Origin: Spironucleus salmonicida
Lineage: Eukaryota
Reading direction: 5' to 3'
Length of the DNA: 64,000 bases
Assembly (NCBI RefSeq): GCF_000497125.1
Contig: NC_090599.1
Location: forward strand, 1,364,001 to 1,428,000
Of this stretch, positions 13,755 through 25,152 are shown piece by piece (the first letter of the stretch is position 1; every line of letters begins with the position of its first letter). Under the pieces are notes generated by a model that saw nothing but the letters and a program-made list of their open reading frames with translations, made no database searches and was not told where the DNA came from. A program made the position numbers and the translations under genes.

Positions 13755-14489
13755 ATGATACCTGTAGATTTCTGTAATTAGGCTGCTGCGATGGATCTAT
13801 ACAGATCTGCATAGAAAAAACCGGAAAATTACTCTATTAATTCTCTTAATCCTGAAGTTAAAATTAATTCTATATTTTAATAATCATAACATGAACCATA
13901 AAGTTTACTAATTTCGAGAAAACCTTCTACGCTGGGGCTTACAATGCAAGAAAAGTAGGCGCCAATTAATTTTAAAGATAATGAAATCCCGCACACAGAA
14001 CAAGAGAATTGTCTAATATCATCAAAATACGCATTTAATGAAATTCCAAAACATAAAGCTATCATCACATCATAACTTAACTAACTTAAAACTCATAATA
14101 ATCGGATAAGCGATTAACAAAGATAATATTTTTAAAACAAAAATGATGCTGCTGTTTAAGGAACAGGATTAGGTCAATAATTCTTAGGCGGAATGTTAAA
14201 ATAGGTAATCACTAAATAATCCTCATCATAAAATTCTTATTCTTTAAAATTTGAGAATACTACGTCTAAAAGCTTAAGAATGTCAGATTTATCTGTACAT
14301 AAATAAGCTAAATAATTACCATCATTTAAAGAAATTTATACAGTAGCTCAAATATAATTAACTAAATCAAGACCTATGAGTGGAGGGAATTACCAAACCT
14401 CTAACACTAATAGGTTTAATTATTCTTTTAATAACAACAATACAAAATAACTAAAATTATCTAAAGCAACTATTGGCTTAGATTTATGA
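13755..14489 (+). CDS. Hypothetical low-complexity protein (244 aa)
   Basis: MIPVDFCNQAAAMDLYRS...TIGLDL*. Confidence 0.65.
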
Positions 14490-14528
14490 AGAAAAACATT
14501 TGCTATTTAGTTAGAATTGTATTCAAGT

Positions 14529-14981
14529 TCATACAAATATTTCATTAAATTTTTATGTAAATAAAGTATTAAAGAGTGATTCATTACGACTAAAATACGC
14601 TATACCACAAACCAAAGCACGATTCCACTGGCTTGTAATATTATCTAACGCCTGATAATCTTAAACTTAAATTTAATTAACAAATAATTTTTAGTTTGAT
14701 ACAGCAATTTGATTCTTACCATCTTAGAATTTATACTCTTAGGAATGTTTATTTGATAAAGATTCTATAATAAATGCGCTAAATGGTGATTTAAATCGAT
14801 TAGTTCTATCAGAAAATGAAAATATATTATCCGATATTTATATCTCAAGTTTTCTACTAATAATATCAATAATCTGTTCATTAATATATGAATAGAGCAC
14901 TAGATAGTGTCTTTTAATTACTAGATAACATATACTCTCTTATTCATTACTTAATACCAACTACACTGGAAAAATATGCAT
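14529..14981 (-). CDS. Hypothetical protein (150 aa)
   Basis: Open frame MHIFPVQLVLSNEQ...FNEIFV*. Confidence 0.55.
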
Positions 14982-15052
14982 TAATTTTAGAATGACACAA
15001 TAAATATTATTTTATGTGTTATGTTCCGCCTTTCCTTTTTCCATTCCGATCA

Positions 15053-15619
15053 ATGTCACTCCACAATGTATGGAAGGTCTTTTTTACCTCTAAAGATACA
15101 GTGAAAACTGACAATTTCAGTGAAGCATTCCGTGAAGTTTGTCAATTTTCAACGAAAGATGAATTTGCTTACGTGTGGGCTCACCTCTTCAGAGTTTCTT
15201 AACTTCCTGCTGGAACTTCGATTTATTTTGTACGTGTCCTAAGTGCAAAATCACACTTACCAACCTGGGAGAATAATATTAACGGAGGAACCTATAAATT
15301 CCGTAGAAGTTATGATACTAAAGAAAGATAAATTTAATCAGTTGACAGAATTTGGGAGAAACTTGTATTTGGTGTAGTTTCAGAAGAAACCTAGGAACCT
15401 ATCATTTCAACGATACAAGCTGTTATTAAACATGATTAAGTTGAATTTGTAATTTGGCACAATGATGTAATTAATAAAAGAACTTTCTCTAGAATTTAAT
15501 TAAAACTTGGAGATATTTTGGAAACCAAAGTTAACTTAATCATATATCAAACTAATCAAGACTCTATTCTTGATAAGGATAAGCTTAGAAAGCAGGATAT
15601 TGAAAGGAAGTAAAAATGA
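15053..15619 (+). CDS. eIF4E: Cap-binding protein, eIF4E family (188 aa)
   Basis: LHNVWKVFF, FSTKDEF, PTWENNINGG, IWEKLVFGVV and FVIWH match the eIF4E tryptophan pattern. Confidence 0.85.
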
Positions 15620-15706
15620 TTCTTTCGGCAATACATATAATATTTTATAGATATCAAATTTTTATATAATAAATATACTTCATATTTATTTTTACACTTT
15701 ACCAAA

Positions 15707-18700
15707 ATGACAAAGAATTTACTACACGATTAACTATTTTTAACACAGTCAATTTTAATTTAAATTTTAGGACTATTAACCACCTTTACATAATCGATAC
15801 TATTATCATATTAAAATTTTGCAACTTAGGATTTTTTAGTAGTACTTTTTTGTTTTTCAATATATTTTGTATTGTTTACTCTAGGTAATCTGTTAGTTTT
15901 ATATAGTAATTTTTTTACATAGTTAAACAAGGTGAAAAATCCATATCTTACATCAAATAAAACTTTATATTAAGTATTTCCTAGATTTTAATATATACTG
16001 AAGTTAGCAGTAGATTTTCATATAAGCTAAAGAGTATTTAATATTACAAAATTAGCTTTCCATGATAGATATTTTATTTTAATTTAGCAAATGTTATCTG
16101 TATATTAATTGACTATCTTATTAATTTCAGATACAGAAAAATTAATATTAACAGTTTTTTATGCCTTAATTAATATAAATCTTGTTTATAAGTCAGTGTA
16201 ACGTTGGGATGTTGCCCTTATTTCATCATTGGGGCTTATTTTTGTTCCAATTACTTTTATGTATATACTAGGAAGAAACAATTAAATAAGTTACTAATAT
16301 ACATTGCAAGTGGAAATTCTTAATAATATGGCCCAAAAAATACGAAATTTATTTGTTAATTCTGTTCCAAAGAGATTAATACCTTTGATTATTGATAAAG
16401 AAATAATATCTACAGAAAAATTGATTAATGTAACTATTATTGTTATTTCTATGAAATAAATAGATCCAGGGTTATCTTAAGAAGATATAATTACAATATT
16501 ATCATAAACTAGTTCATATTTCTAAATTTTGGATTATATTGGTCAATTTTATGGTATTGAAAAAGTAAAATCTAATTCTCATGCTTTTTTCGCATATATT
16601 CCAAATAAGAAAACAATGTCGCCACAATAATAATTCTAATTAGCTTCTACTTTCTGTTTGTCCGCTAATGAGGTTGCAAATTTTCTTAATATTACTACAT
16701 CAGCAGTAATCACAAGAGGTGATTTATTGCTTGGAGTTATACATATTGGAGTAGACTAAATTAATATTGAATCATATGGTAAAAGTGTAGACTTTGCATA
16801 TAAACTTTCTTAGTTAACATCTTCCGCAGTATCAGTTGAAATTAGCACATTTTATAATACATCATAAACAGACCAAAAAAGTATTATTAACAAGCAAATT
16901 AATATTAAAGATAATGAAATTCGGTAACTATGTGAATCAATCGACTTTAAATGGGCTATTTCATAAGTTATTAATAGTGAACCAACTTATTAATTTACGA
17001 ACAAAAAAGTAATTATTATAAATAGTCATAAAATAATTATGGTCGATATAGTTCCTACTAAATAATGCTAACCTCTTTTTTATGAAATTTTTGAAAAATC
17101 TATGGCAATTATAACAAATATAGATAACAATACAAACTATTCATTTTTATCTACTTAATTACAAAATTAAACCCCTTTATGCCCAGTAATTAAGCAAACG
17201 AGTAAATCAATTATTAATTTTAATATGTCATCTTAACTCTCCACAGCCTTATAAATTTCTGCTCAAGAAAACAACATACCATTTAACGTTAATATTAACA
17301 AAGTAGGCAAATCTTTTTCTAGAAATATTGAATATTTAACCTTGCATACTCAATTAAAACATTCATTAATTGATGAACTTGTTAATTCAGACTGTGATGA
17401 TGATATTGAGAAAATACAATCTCTAGAAGCATTTACAGAGCCTAGTAACCTTAATTCGGTATCAATTTAAAGCAGACCAACTTCAGAAAAAGGAGTAGAA
17501 GGGATATTAAAACCATAATTAGCAAATTTTCTCAACATGGCCCAAAATTCGCAATCAATCAAAAATGTCCATACAAAGTCAGAGATTAGTAACAAGTCAT
17601 CAGCATTTAACAAACTTAAAATCTAAGCTAATTTGGAAGATACTTCAGAAAGTACAGCAACGACATAATCATATCTTATTACCGATAATTTAATTGCAAA
17701 CTCTTAAGAGTTTCTCACAACAGTAAAAGGCCAGATTAACAATAATGATACAATTTAGTCTTCCAAGAAATTTTTATAAATTCAGGCTGAAAACACCTTA
17801 TTTGAGTAATTGATAAGTATATAGAAAAAAGAATAATCTGAATTGTCAGTTTCCTAGTATATCTTTTAAACCATCAAATTCGTCCAGTTAGTTTCCTAAT
17901 ATTCATGTAATTAGCTAAAATTAAACCCTTCTTTTTTCTATATTCTTATTAATCGGCAATCTAAATTTTACTTTTCTTTCGAGTTATAATTAGTAACCTG
18001 TTAATTCTTTATTACTATTTTCAGCACCTTTTTAAACTTAATTCCTCCTTTTTAAATTTAGATTCTAGGTGTAACTTGCTCGTTTTCACTCGCTTATACG
18101 TCATTAGTTGTCATTTTGATGTTATTATCATTCACTAATTTTCTATTTACGTCCCAATTTGATACTTTGCAACATAAATATCAAAAAGAGGCTACAAAAC
18201 AGAACCTAAAAATTTTTATTAACTATAACACTGTATAATTGCGTCAGTACTAATATATCCACCGGATTGTTTTTTCACTAGTTTTGAATTTGCGTATCAT
18301 TTTATTGATAAAAGTTATTGAGAATTATGACTTTAATATCAGTATTCAATAACATTCTATCTATTTTATAATTGTGTTTTGCTTTTAATAACTGTAATAT
18401 ACAGCCATTTAGCTTACCCAGCTACTGTACTATTCTGCTCCTCTATAATTTTTAACGATCAATTTTGAAATTTTTGTGATCTAGTCATCTATAACCTTAC
18501 TGTTTTTGCTTATCTAGCATCCTTATTTCTTTCCAGTTTTTTTGTTCATTTTCACTCTAATAGTAATAATTTCAATCTCATCGCTAAAACAGCACTTCAT
18601 TAATTCATCAATGAACCTAAAAATTGGAGACTAGATTAATATTGGTCGCAAGCTTCTCAAATCATCTTAGCCATTATTGGCTATGGATGCCATGCTAGCA

Positions 18701-19558
18701 GTACGAAACCAGTAACAATTTCCAACCTTAGTAAAATAGTTTCCTTTTCTTAAAAAATTTAATAGCTGTGTAATCGAGCTTAAAAGTTGTGAATAACTAT
18801 TTTAGGTCTCATAAAAAAGCAATATATTCGCCCATTATATCAAGTTGAACAGTTCATTAAACCCACTTATCAAATTCTAAAATACCATATATTTGAAATT
18901 CGGTGTATTAGAACTAAAAAATCTTAACTTGAACCATTATCAGAGATTATTATTTTTTATAGATTAGCTGTATCAATAATTCTCGCAGCGTATTTAATAT
19001 TCAGTAAACGTACACATAGCAAAGGTCTCCGCAAATGGCTTTTAACTGCTAGCCTACCCTGGCTTGATTAAGCATTTTAATGGAAAATTTGATTTTTTGA
19101 ATGAAGATACTGTTAATCTTCCTGGATTTTTGACAAGTAAGGAGTTAATTTAGTGTTATGATTAATTAACAATTGTTATATCTATTGCTCTAGGGTTCAT
19201 GCACGACTATGTCGATTTGAGTAAGAAATTAAATATTTAGAAATGCACTGCTAAATGTGTTATTTCATTTGGCTCTGGTTATGGGACAATACTAGGCAGT
19301 TAGATGGCTAGGTTTGATATTATTGGCAAGCTCATGAAAGATGCAAAAAGCGAATTTATTGACTGTGAAAATGAAGCTATTCAACTTAGTCCTGGAGCAT
19401 TAGAGTTATTGAAAGCTGGATAATCTATGTTTTTGAAGTATATTTAGCGTCTTGAAACACAGGAAAGTGTAGGGGGAAGCAATTAACGTCAGAACTATGA
19501 CAGCGAAATTGTAAGTTTTTAGGTTAATGAGAAAAGATAAGTTGAGGGGTTTAAGTGA
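15707..19558 (+). CDS. Membrane adenylate/guanylate-cyclase-like protein with two degenerate class III domains (~1283 aa)
   Basis: Two hydrophobic TM blocks, each followed by cyclase-like motifs (GIEKVKSNSHAFF...GDLLLGVI...YGKSVDFAYKL; SFGSGYGTILGSQMARFDIIG). Confidence 0.7.
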
Positions 19559-20491
19559 GCTAATGTTTGTTTTTGTAGCTTATATGAGGATATGAGATTT
19601 TTAAATTTAAATTTATATTCTATAGTGTAGAATAATGAGCTAAACTTTTTAGTTATTAAAGTATAAATATTATATGTTATCTATTATAAAATATAATTAA
19701 TATCAAATTTGTTTTGATTTAAAGGGGTTTATTTAGAGATATTAAGTAAAATAATATATAATAAATCACTGCATTATAAATATATTAATAAACAATATTA
19801 ACATATGTCTGTTAGTATTATCATGAATATTTTTAAAGATAAGATATATTAGTAAGCTTAACCAAACAAATAGTAAATTTATCTCTAAGTTTCATTTTAG
19901 TGAGCGATGCTACCTCCGCGGGGACGAGTAACCGCATCCCTCGCTTTAGCGCGCAGCTGAGCTACCTTTATTGTGGATTAAATACTATCCATAGCGCACC
20001 GAAGCATCGGCTTCCTAATCTTCGTGGGTTAGGGTGACGTGCCGTGCCACCATTACCATTTCACCAGAGCATCAGATTCTCCTGCTACACCATAAATGCT
20101 GGGTATGCGGGCTAGGCTGCAGGTCCGTGACAGAGGCCGATATGACCCTTCGCAACTCTATTGCTCGATGCAGCTATGCGGCAGGGCGCCCTCGGACGCG
20201 TAGCAGGATGCCATGTAGAGCTTAATTGGGCCTCCCGGCTGCCTCACACCTAGGTGGTGGGAAGCGTCCCCACCAGACCAGGCACCTAAATCCGGCGTGT
20301 GGGCCTTTACTATGGGAATATATGGACCGCTTCCGCACACATCGCTCCGATCCGGAGACTGCACGGGAAAACTGCAGCCCGTACCGCTGCTGAGTACCCG
20401 CCCGTGGCCGGCACGCATCTGTGATGGACCGGACCAAATTCTGGTATATCCGTATATACGCAATAAAAGCCGCCCGAGGTGAAATAATTTA

Positions 20492-20507
20492 CCCACTTCA
20501 CTATCAA
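20492..20507 (+). promoter_or_regulatory. Pyrimidine-rich YCACT motif just upstream of ATG (example: annexin)
   Basis: CCACT/TCACT/ACACT lies within about 4-20 nt of the ATG at 3455, 5736, 15694, 20493/20498, 25142, 46421, 48794 and 56828, and on the minus strand at 23573 and 41449. Confidence 0.55.
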
Positions 20508-21410
20508 ATGGCCGACTACCGACCTGCAGCAGAGAGGCTCTACAAGGCTATGAAGGGGCTCGGCACGGACGAGGCCACCCTCATAGATGTTGCGGCCTCA
20601 CACACGGCGGATGAACGCCTGGCCATCGCCGAGGCCTTCGCGGGGCTCTACGGCGACACGCTCGAGAAGTGGCTCAAGAAGGAGCTGTCCGGACACCTGG
20701 AGAAGCTGATGGTGCAGCTCTTCAAGGGCCGCTACCAGATGTGGGCGCAGTACCTGGACGACGCTGTGCGGGGCGCCGGCACCGACGAGAAGCTGCTCAT
20801 CGAAATGATATTCCTCATGAGCGACCAGGACCAGCAGCGTGTTGAGGTGGAGTACCGCAAGCTCTTCAACAAGGACCTCACAAAGACCATTGAGGGCGAT
20901 ATCTCCATCGGCCACTGGGCAAAACTCATCAGGGCCTGGCTGCACGCCAAGAACGACGCGCCCGCTAATCCAGAGAAGATTGCGGACGACCTCTGGGCGG
21001 CGGCGAAGGGAGCTGGCACTGACGAGCAGGTCTTCATGCAGGTTCTCGCCAACTGCCAGCCAGATGTCTACCACCAGGCATGCGACGCCTTCCTGCGCAA
21101 GTACCGCAAGGACGTCGCCGAGGTCATCAAGCGCGAGTTCTCCGGGAAGTCCGAGAAGGCCTTCCTCGCGGCCCACTACTCACTCTTCGACAAGCGCCAG
21201 TCTATCGCCCGCAACCTATACCTCAGCTATAAGGGCGCCGGCACCGACGAGGCCCGCCTTATAAGGCAGACTGTGCTCTTCAGCGACCAGCTCCGCGGCT
21301 AGCAGCTGGTGGAGGCCTACAAGATCTTCGGCGACGTTGTGAAAGACACCAAGCGCGACCTCTCGGGCAAGTTCGAGAAGGCTGTCCTCGCCGTATGGGG
21401 CCTGAGCTGA
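20508..21410 (+). CDS. Annexin (300 aa), copy 1
   Basis: Four annexin repeats MKGLGTDE, VRGAGTDE, AKGAGTDE, YKGAGTDE. The single TAG at 21300 reads as Gln, extending the protein to ...DLSGKFEKAVLAVWGLS*. The ATG follows CCACTTCACT. Confidence 0.95.
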
Positions 21411-21419
21411 GAGATTTCC

Positions 21420-22094
21420 TCACTTTCCCTTCCCCCCGAGCCGCCCGTACACCTGCAGGTTGTGGAAGTTCGCCACCAGGCGCACTCGCAGCGCGATCAC
21501 CCTCTCCACCTCGCGAGCGCAGAGGTCGGTACGCTCCTGTAGGATGGAATGCGTCCGCGCCGGCTGCACCGTGAAGCTACGCAGGTAGGCGAACTCGGGG
21601 TCCTCCAGTGCTACCCGCATCTGGCACTTTAGCTCGTGGAAGGCCCCCGTTATCCTGCGCCGAGCGTCCCGGGGCGTCTCGGCCTGTCGGAAGCGCCGGA
21701 ACGCCTCATTCCAGTCCGGGACCTCCCAACGTGGGTGGCGGGGCTCGCTCGGGAAGGCGCAACCCTGAAGGAGCTTGGAGGTAGAGATTACCGGTGCGAA
21801 ATTTCGTGCTGGTGATGTGAGGAAGAACGTATGGTATGTTGCATCTAGGTCTGTACGGAGAGGACTTATCACTGTACACTAGGTTACTGATCTAAATTAA
21901 CGTTATATTTTTAGTTAATGAATAGCTGGCTATGGAATCTGCTAAATAGAAGTTTGTATAAAAGAAGCTGGTAATGATGTAAAGCAGTATCCCGGAAGCT
22001 TAAAAAGAGAAGTACTGATTTTCTTAGTTTGTTTTGGTGGTTGAGTAATTGATAGTACTTGCTGAACTACATTCTGCCGTCTTCCTAATCTCAT
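21420..22094 (-). CDS. Hypothetical protein (224 aa); 3' part lies inside the duplication
   Basis: Frame checked from ATG 22094 (MRLGRRQNVVQQ) to ...GRLGGKGK*. Stop lies in AAGTGA. Confidence 0.7.
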
Positions 22095-22137
22095 ATTTCT
22101 TGGACGAGTATTTAATATAATAATATATTAGATCAAA

Positions 22138-22941
22138 ATGCTCTCTAATTTTTAAGATGAACTTAACAATGATTTGGAATACCAACAACTTTTAGATGAT
22201 TGTTTGGGAGAACTTAGCTAACAATTTACATAATTTTAACATGCATCTATCCCGGTAATCTAGGAAAATTACATTGCTCGTAACGAAGCCCTTTCCCGAT
22301 GCTATACATAATTATCTTCTTATAAGCAAAAACTTGCTTTTGCATAGAAACAAGTTTAAACAGCATCTGTTCAATTTCAACGTGATGCATGTGCACGAGC
22401 CATATATATCGGAAATGAATATGCTGAACGCTTCCAAAAAGAACGTGATAGACGATAGGCCGTGTTAGATAAACTTAGAGATGATGAAGCTTATATTCTT
22501 AAATAGGCATCTCGTTTTCGACATTTATTAGAGGTGCATCGTGAAAGACTAGGCTAGAACCCATTATGGTAACAGGGTTTCAATAGGAAAGGGTTGGATT
22601 TTTATGAACGTACTAAGGGCATTGAAGCACGGCTAGGTACATTAGATTTGAACGATGTAGAAAATTAGTGTAGTAAATATGTTCAAAGCCATAAAATTCT
22701 CGTTGCGGAAATTGAGCGTATGAAGGAAACTAGAAATAATGAATCGCGCGCAAATAGTTCCATGGACTTGGATCTAGATACAGGATACCAAATAGCTGAA
22801 CATTATTTAAATTTACAACCTGGTTAAACGTTAGGTGATTTGGTAGATGCAGAATATCGCTAAAACGAAAGTTAGTAATTACGAGCTGTTGAAGATGACC
22901 CTGAACCTGAGGAGGATGCAGTATTGGTGGATTTTGAGTGA
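22138..22941 (+). CDS. Hypothetical coiled-coil protein (267 aa)
   Basis: MLSNFQDELNNDLEYQQ...EEDAVLVDFE*. Stop lies in GAGTGA. Confidence 0.75.
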
Positions 22942-23098
22942 ACAGTAAATATTATTAAAGTATATTATAAATTACTTATTTAAGTTTCAAGCATTTTCGC
23001 TGAATTCTATTTTTAGTTTATGATTATTATTAAAAAACTTTATTTAATAAAATTATTTTAAGGTATAACATAATAAATATATTAAACACAAACAACCA

Positions 23099-23566
23099 TC
23101 ACTATCCATTCATCTAGTTGAGAACTTATTTCTCCTTATCCGTCATTTCTTCATTTCCAGTTGTCATTTTCCTTAAAACTTCTCTGAGTGTTTCAATTTT
23201 TTCCCATTTTGGTGCAAAAACTGCCAAATATCCCGTCCTAAGACAGTCGTTTTCTAGAAGCTTAGGCTCATTTTCAAGTCGTGTATTTTGTTCTAAAAGC
23301 TTGAAGGAAACTGGAGATTTAACTTCGATTCCATTAATCTAGACTAAAGTCTCATTAATTTTAACAAAATGTGCATTATGTTTGTTTTTACCAACTATTT
23401 TTTGCAAGTCAAAATTTTTAAAAACAACAGATGAAATTTTCCCAAAGGTCTAAGTATAAGAAGGTGACATAAATAATACCAAAATGCCATTTCTATGGAT
23501 TTTGAAGGTAAATTTTGGTGTTTCGAAGGTCTCGTATTAATGCTCATTTTGAGCTAGCTAAGACAT
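23099..23566 (-). CDS. ABITRAM/FAM206A (Simiate)-like protein, GcvH-like fold (155 aa)
   Basis: HRNGILVL, IVGKNKHNAHFV and FKLLEQNTRLENEPKLL...GYLAVFAPK parallel the FAM206A motifs HSNRICVI, VSGKFKRGAQFL and GYIAVVLPK. Confidence 0.7.
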
Positions 23567-23582
23567 TTTAGGAGTGGAAAGG

Positions 23583-23852
23583 TCAAATTTCAGATTTCAG
23601 TGAATCAACGCAGCCCTAGAGTAATTTTGTTAACTTATCACTTGATGACATTTTCCAACCTCTACGAAGTTTGTCTATTTTATTTAGAAGGGTCGAGTTA
23701 AGTTACTCAATAGAATGGAAGAACTATTCAGCATTTTATTTTATTTCTGTAGAAATTTATTCTTATTAATTATCATCAGTTAAAGATTCGAGGTTGTCAA
23801 TTTTTTCTAGAATTGACGCAATTTACAATAAAAGATCAGAATATGGATCCAT
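23583..23852 (-). CDS. Small helical hypothetical protein (89 aa)
   Basis: MDPYSDLLLQIASILEKIDNLE...SLKSEI*, ending 16 bp upstream of the next ATG. Confidence 0.6.
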
Positions 23853-23898
23853 TATTTAATTTATAATGTAAATAGAATAATAATATAATAATCGAAAT

Positions 23899-25104
23899 TC
23901 AATTTGTGTCTACTATTTACTACAGGATTTAAATACAACCCTATGATTGCTTCCATTAATCTAAACATAACGCAACGATTTCTTAGCACCCTGCTGTTTC
24001 ACCATCTCCCATTTAGTAAATAATGAATATTTAAATGACATTCATCGCGACAGACCAATCCCAGCTTGCTGGGTTTAATATTAGGGTTCTTTATATAATA
24101 ATCAATAAACTTGTTCTAAATCCAGATAAACGATAATTTTCTGAAATTCCAAACCCTGTATATGAAAATCTTCCTGATTTTTATGGCTAAAACTTAGCTC
24201 CTAAAATCAAAAGAAATAATGCTATTGTGCATGATCCAGATTCTAAAAATAATTTCTTTTCCCATGAAGTATTGTATAAGAATGATTACTATTCTAAAAA
24301 CTAAATAAGAGATTAAACCGAATCTAGTTATTCATATGAAATTTAAACTACAGATTCTGGAATTTAAGACATTAGATATTAATATTATTGATTAAATAAA
24401 GAATAGTCCTTTTCAGTGGTAAATCTTAATGAATGTGGCTAAGAAATAGGAATTTCTAATTCAGAAAGCTTAATCAACTCAAAACTCAGTCCAAAGACAT
24501 CAGATAAATAGTTAATAGCTAAATATACAGTTTTTATAGGATACTTCAAATTTTGTATAATTATTGACTAAAATAAATGATTCTATATAATGCAGTGATC
24601 AAATTTAATAGAGAAAAATTATAATTGTAATATTGTTTTGATTATAAACTCTTACATATCATTAAAATTATTTTCTAGTAGAAACATAAATAGTGTTACA
24701 GTTATTTCTATAGATGCAATACATTCATATTATTATAATTGATAGTTAACTATTAAATGTAATAAATTATAAATAGTGATGTAAAACGCAATTTTACCAT
24801 TTAAAGATAATACACTAATATCTTATTAAGAAATAAAATCGAATAAAACAAATATCTCAATATTATTTTGGTAATAGTTATCTTAAATAGCGCGAGAAAT
24901 AAACTATAAAATAAATGTGGTCTCGTTTCTCTAAATTATTTTGTCATTATATACTTTTTAGATAAACTGTGATAGCTACATATATTTATGTAGCTTAAAG
25001 CTAATATTATCTCGTAACCATATTAATTTTTCCTTTAATGGAAAAGAATAGTCCACAGATTTTTCATTAACACTCTGAATGAAATACTCCATTACTAATT
25101 TCAT
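23899..25104 (-). CDS. Hypothetical alpha-helical protein (401 aa)
   Basis: Frame read through from MKLVMEYFIQSVNEK to ...QQIVDTN*. Confidence 0.65.
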
Positions 25105-25152
25105 TCATTTATCATTATATAATATATAATTAATATACCTTCCACTCTAGTA

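Larger units (their letters stand above)
19878..21781 (+). repeat. Inverted segmental duplication, copy 1 (1,904-bp GC-rich annexin cassette)
   Basis: Position x pairs with 54819-x. Mirrored ORFs in the track are identical. I found 3 substitutions (19919, 21732, 21762). Confidence 0.95.

Noticed and set aside
19900-20500. RNase P, SRP, tRNA or rRNA identity for the GC-rich non-coding stretch
   Set aside because: I could not match convincing conserved motifs or a cloverleaf, so it is left as an unassigned finding. No tRNA, rRNA or CRISPR array was recognised anywhere in the window.
20421-20507. 29-aa N-terminal extension of annexin from a GTG start
   Set aside because: This is a eukaryotic gene. 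ATG 20508 follows the typical CACT/AAA context and the extension overlaps the promoter.
19878-21781. Annexin cassette as a transposon or composite mobile element
   Set aside because: No transposase or RT, no target-site duplication, and one end cuts through a host gene. A segmental duplication fits better.
24023-24580. Plus-strand frame with a single in-frame TGA (24389), suggesting selenocysteine or readthrough
   Set aside because: It is the shadow of an uninterrupted 401-codon minus-strand ORF (23899-25104). There is no redox motif or evident SECIS.
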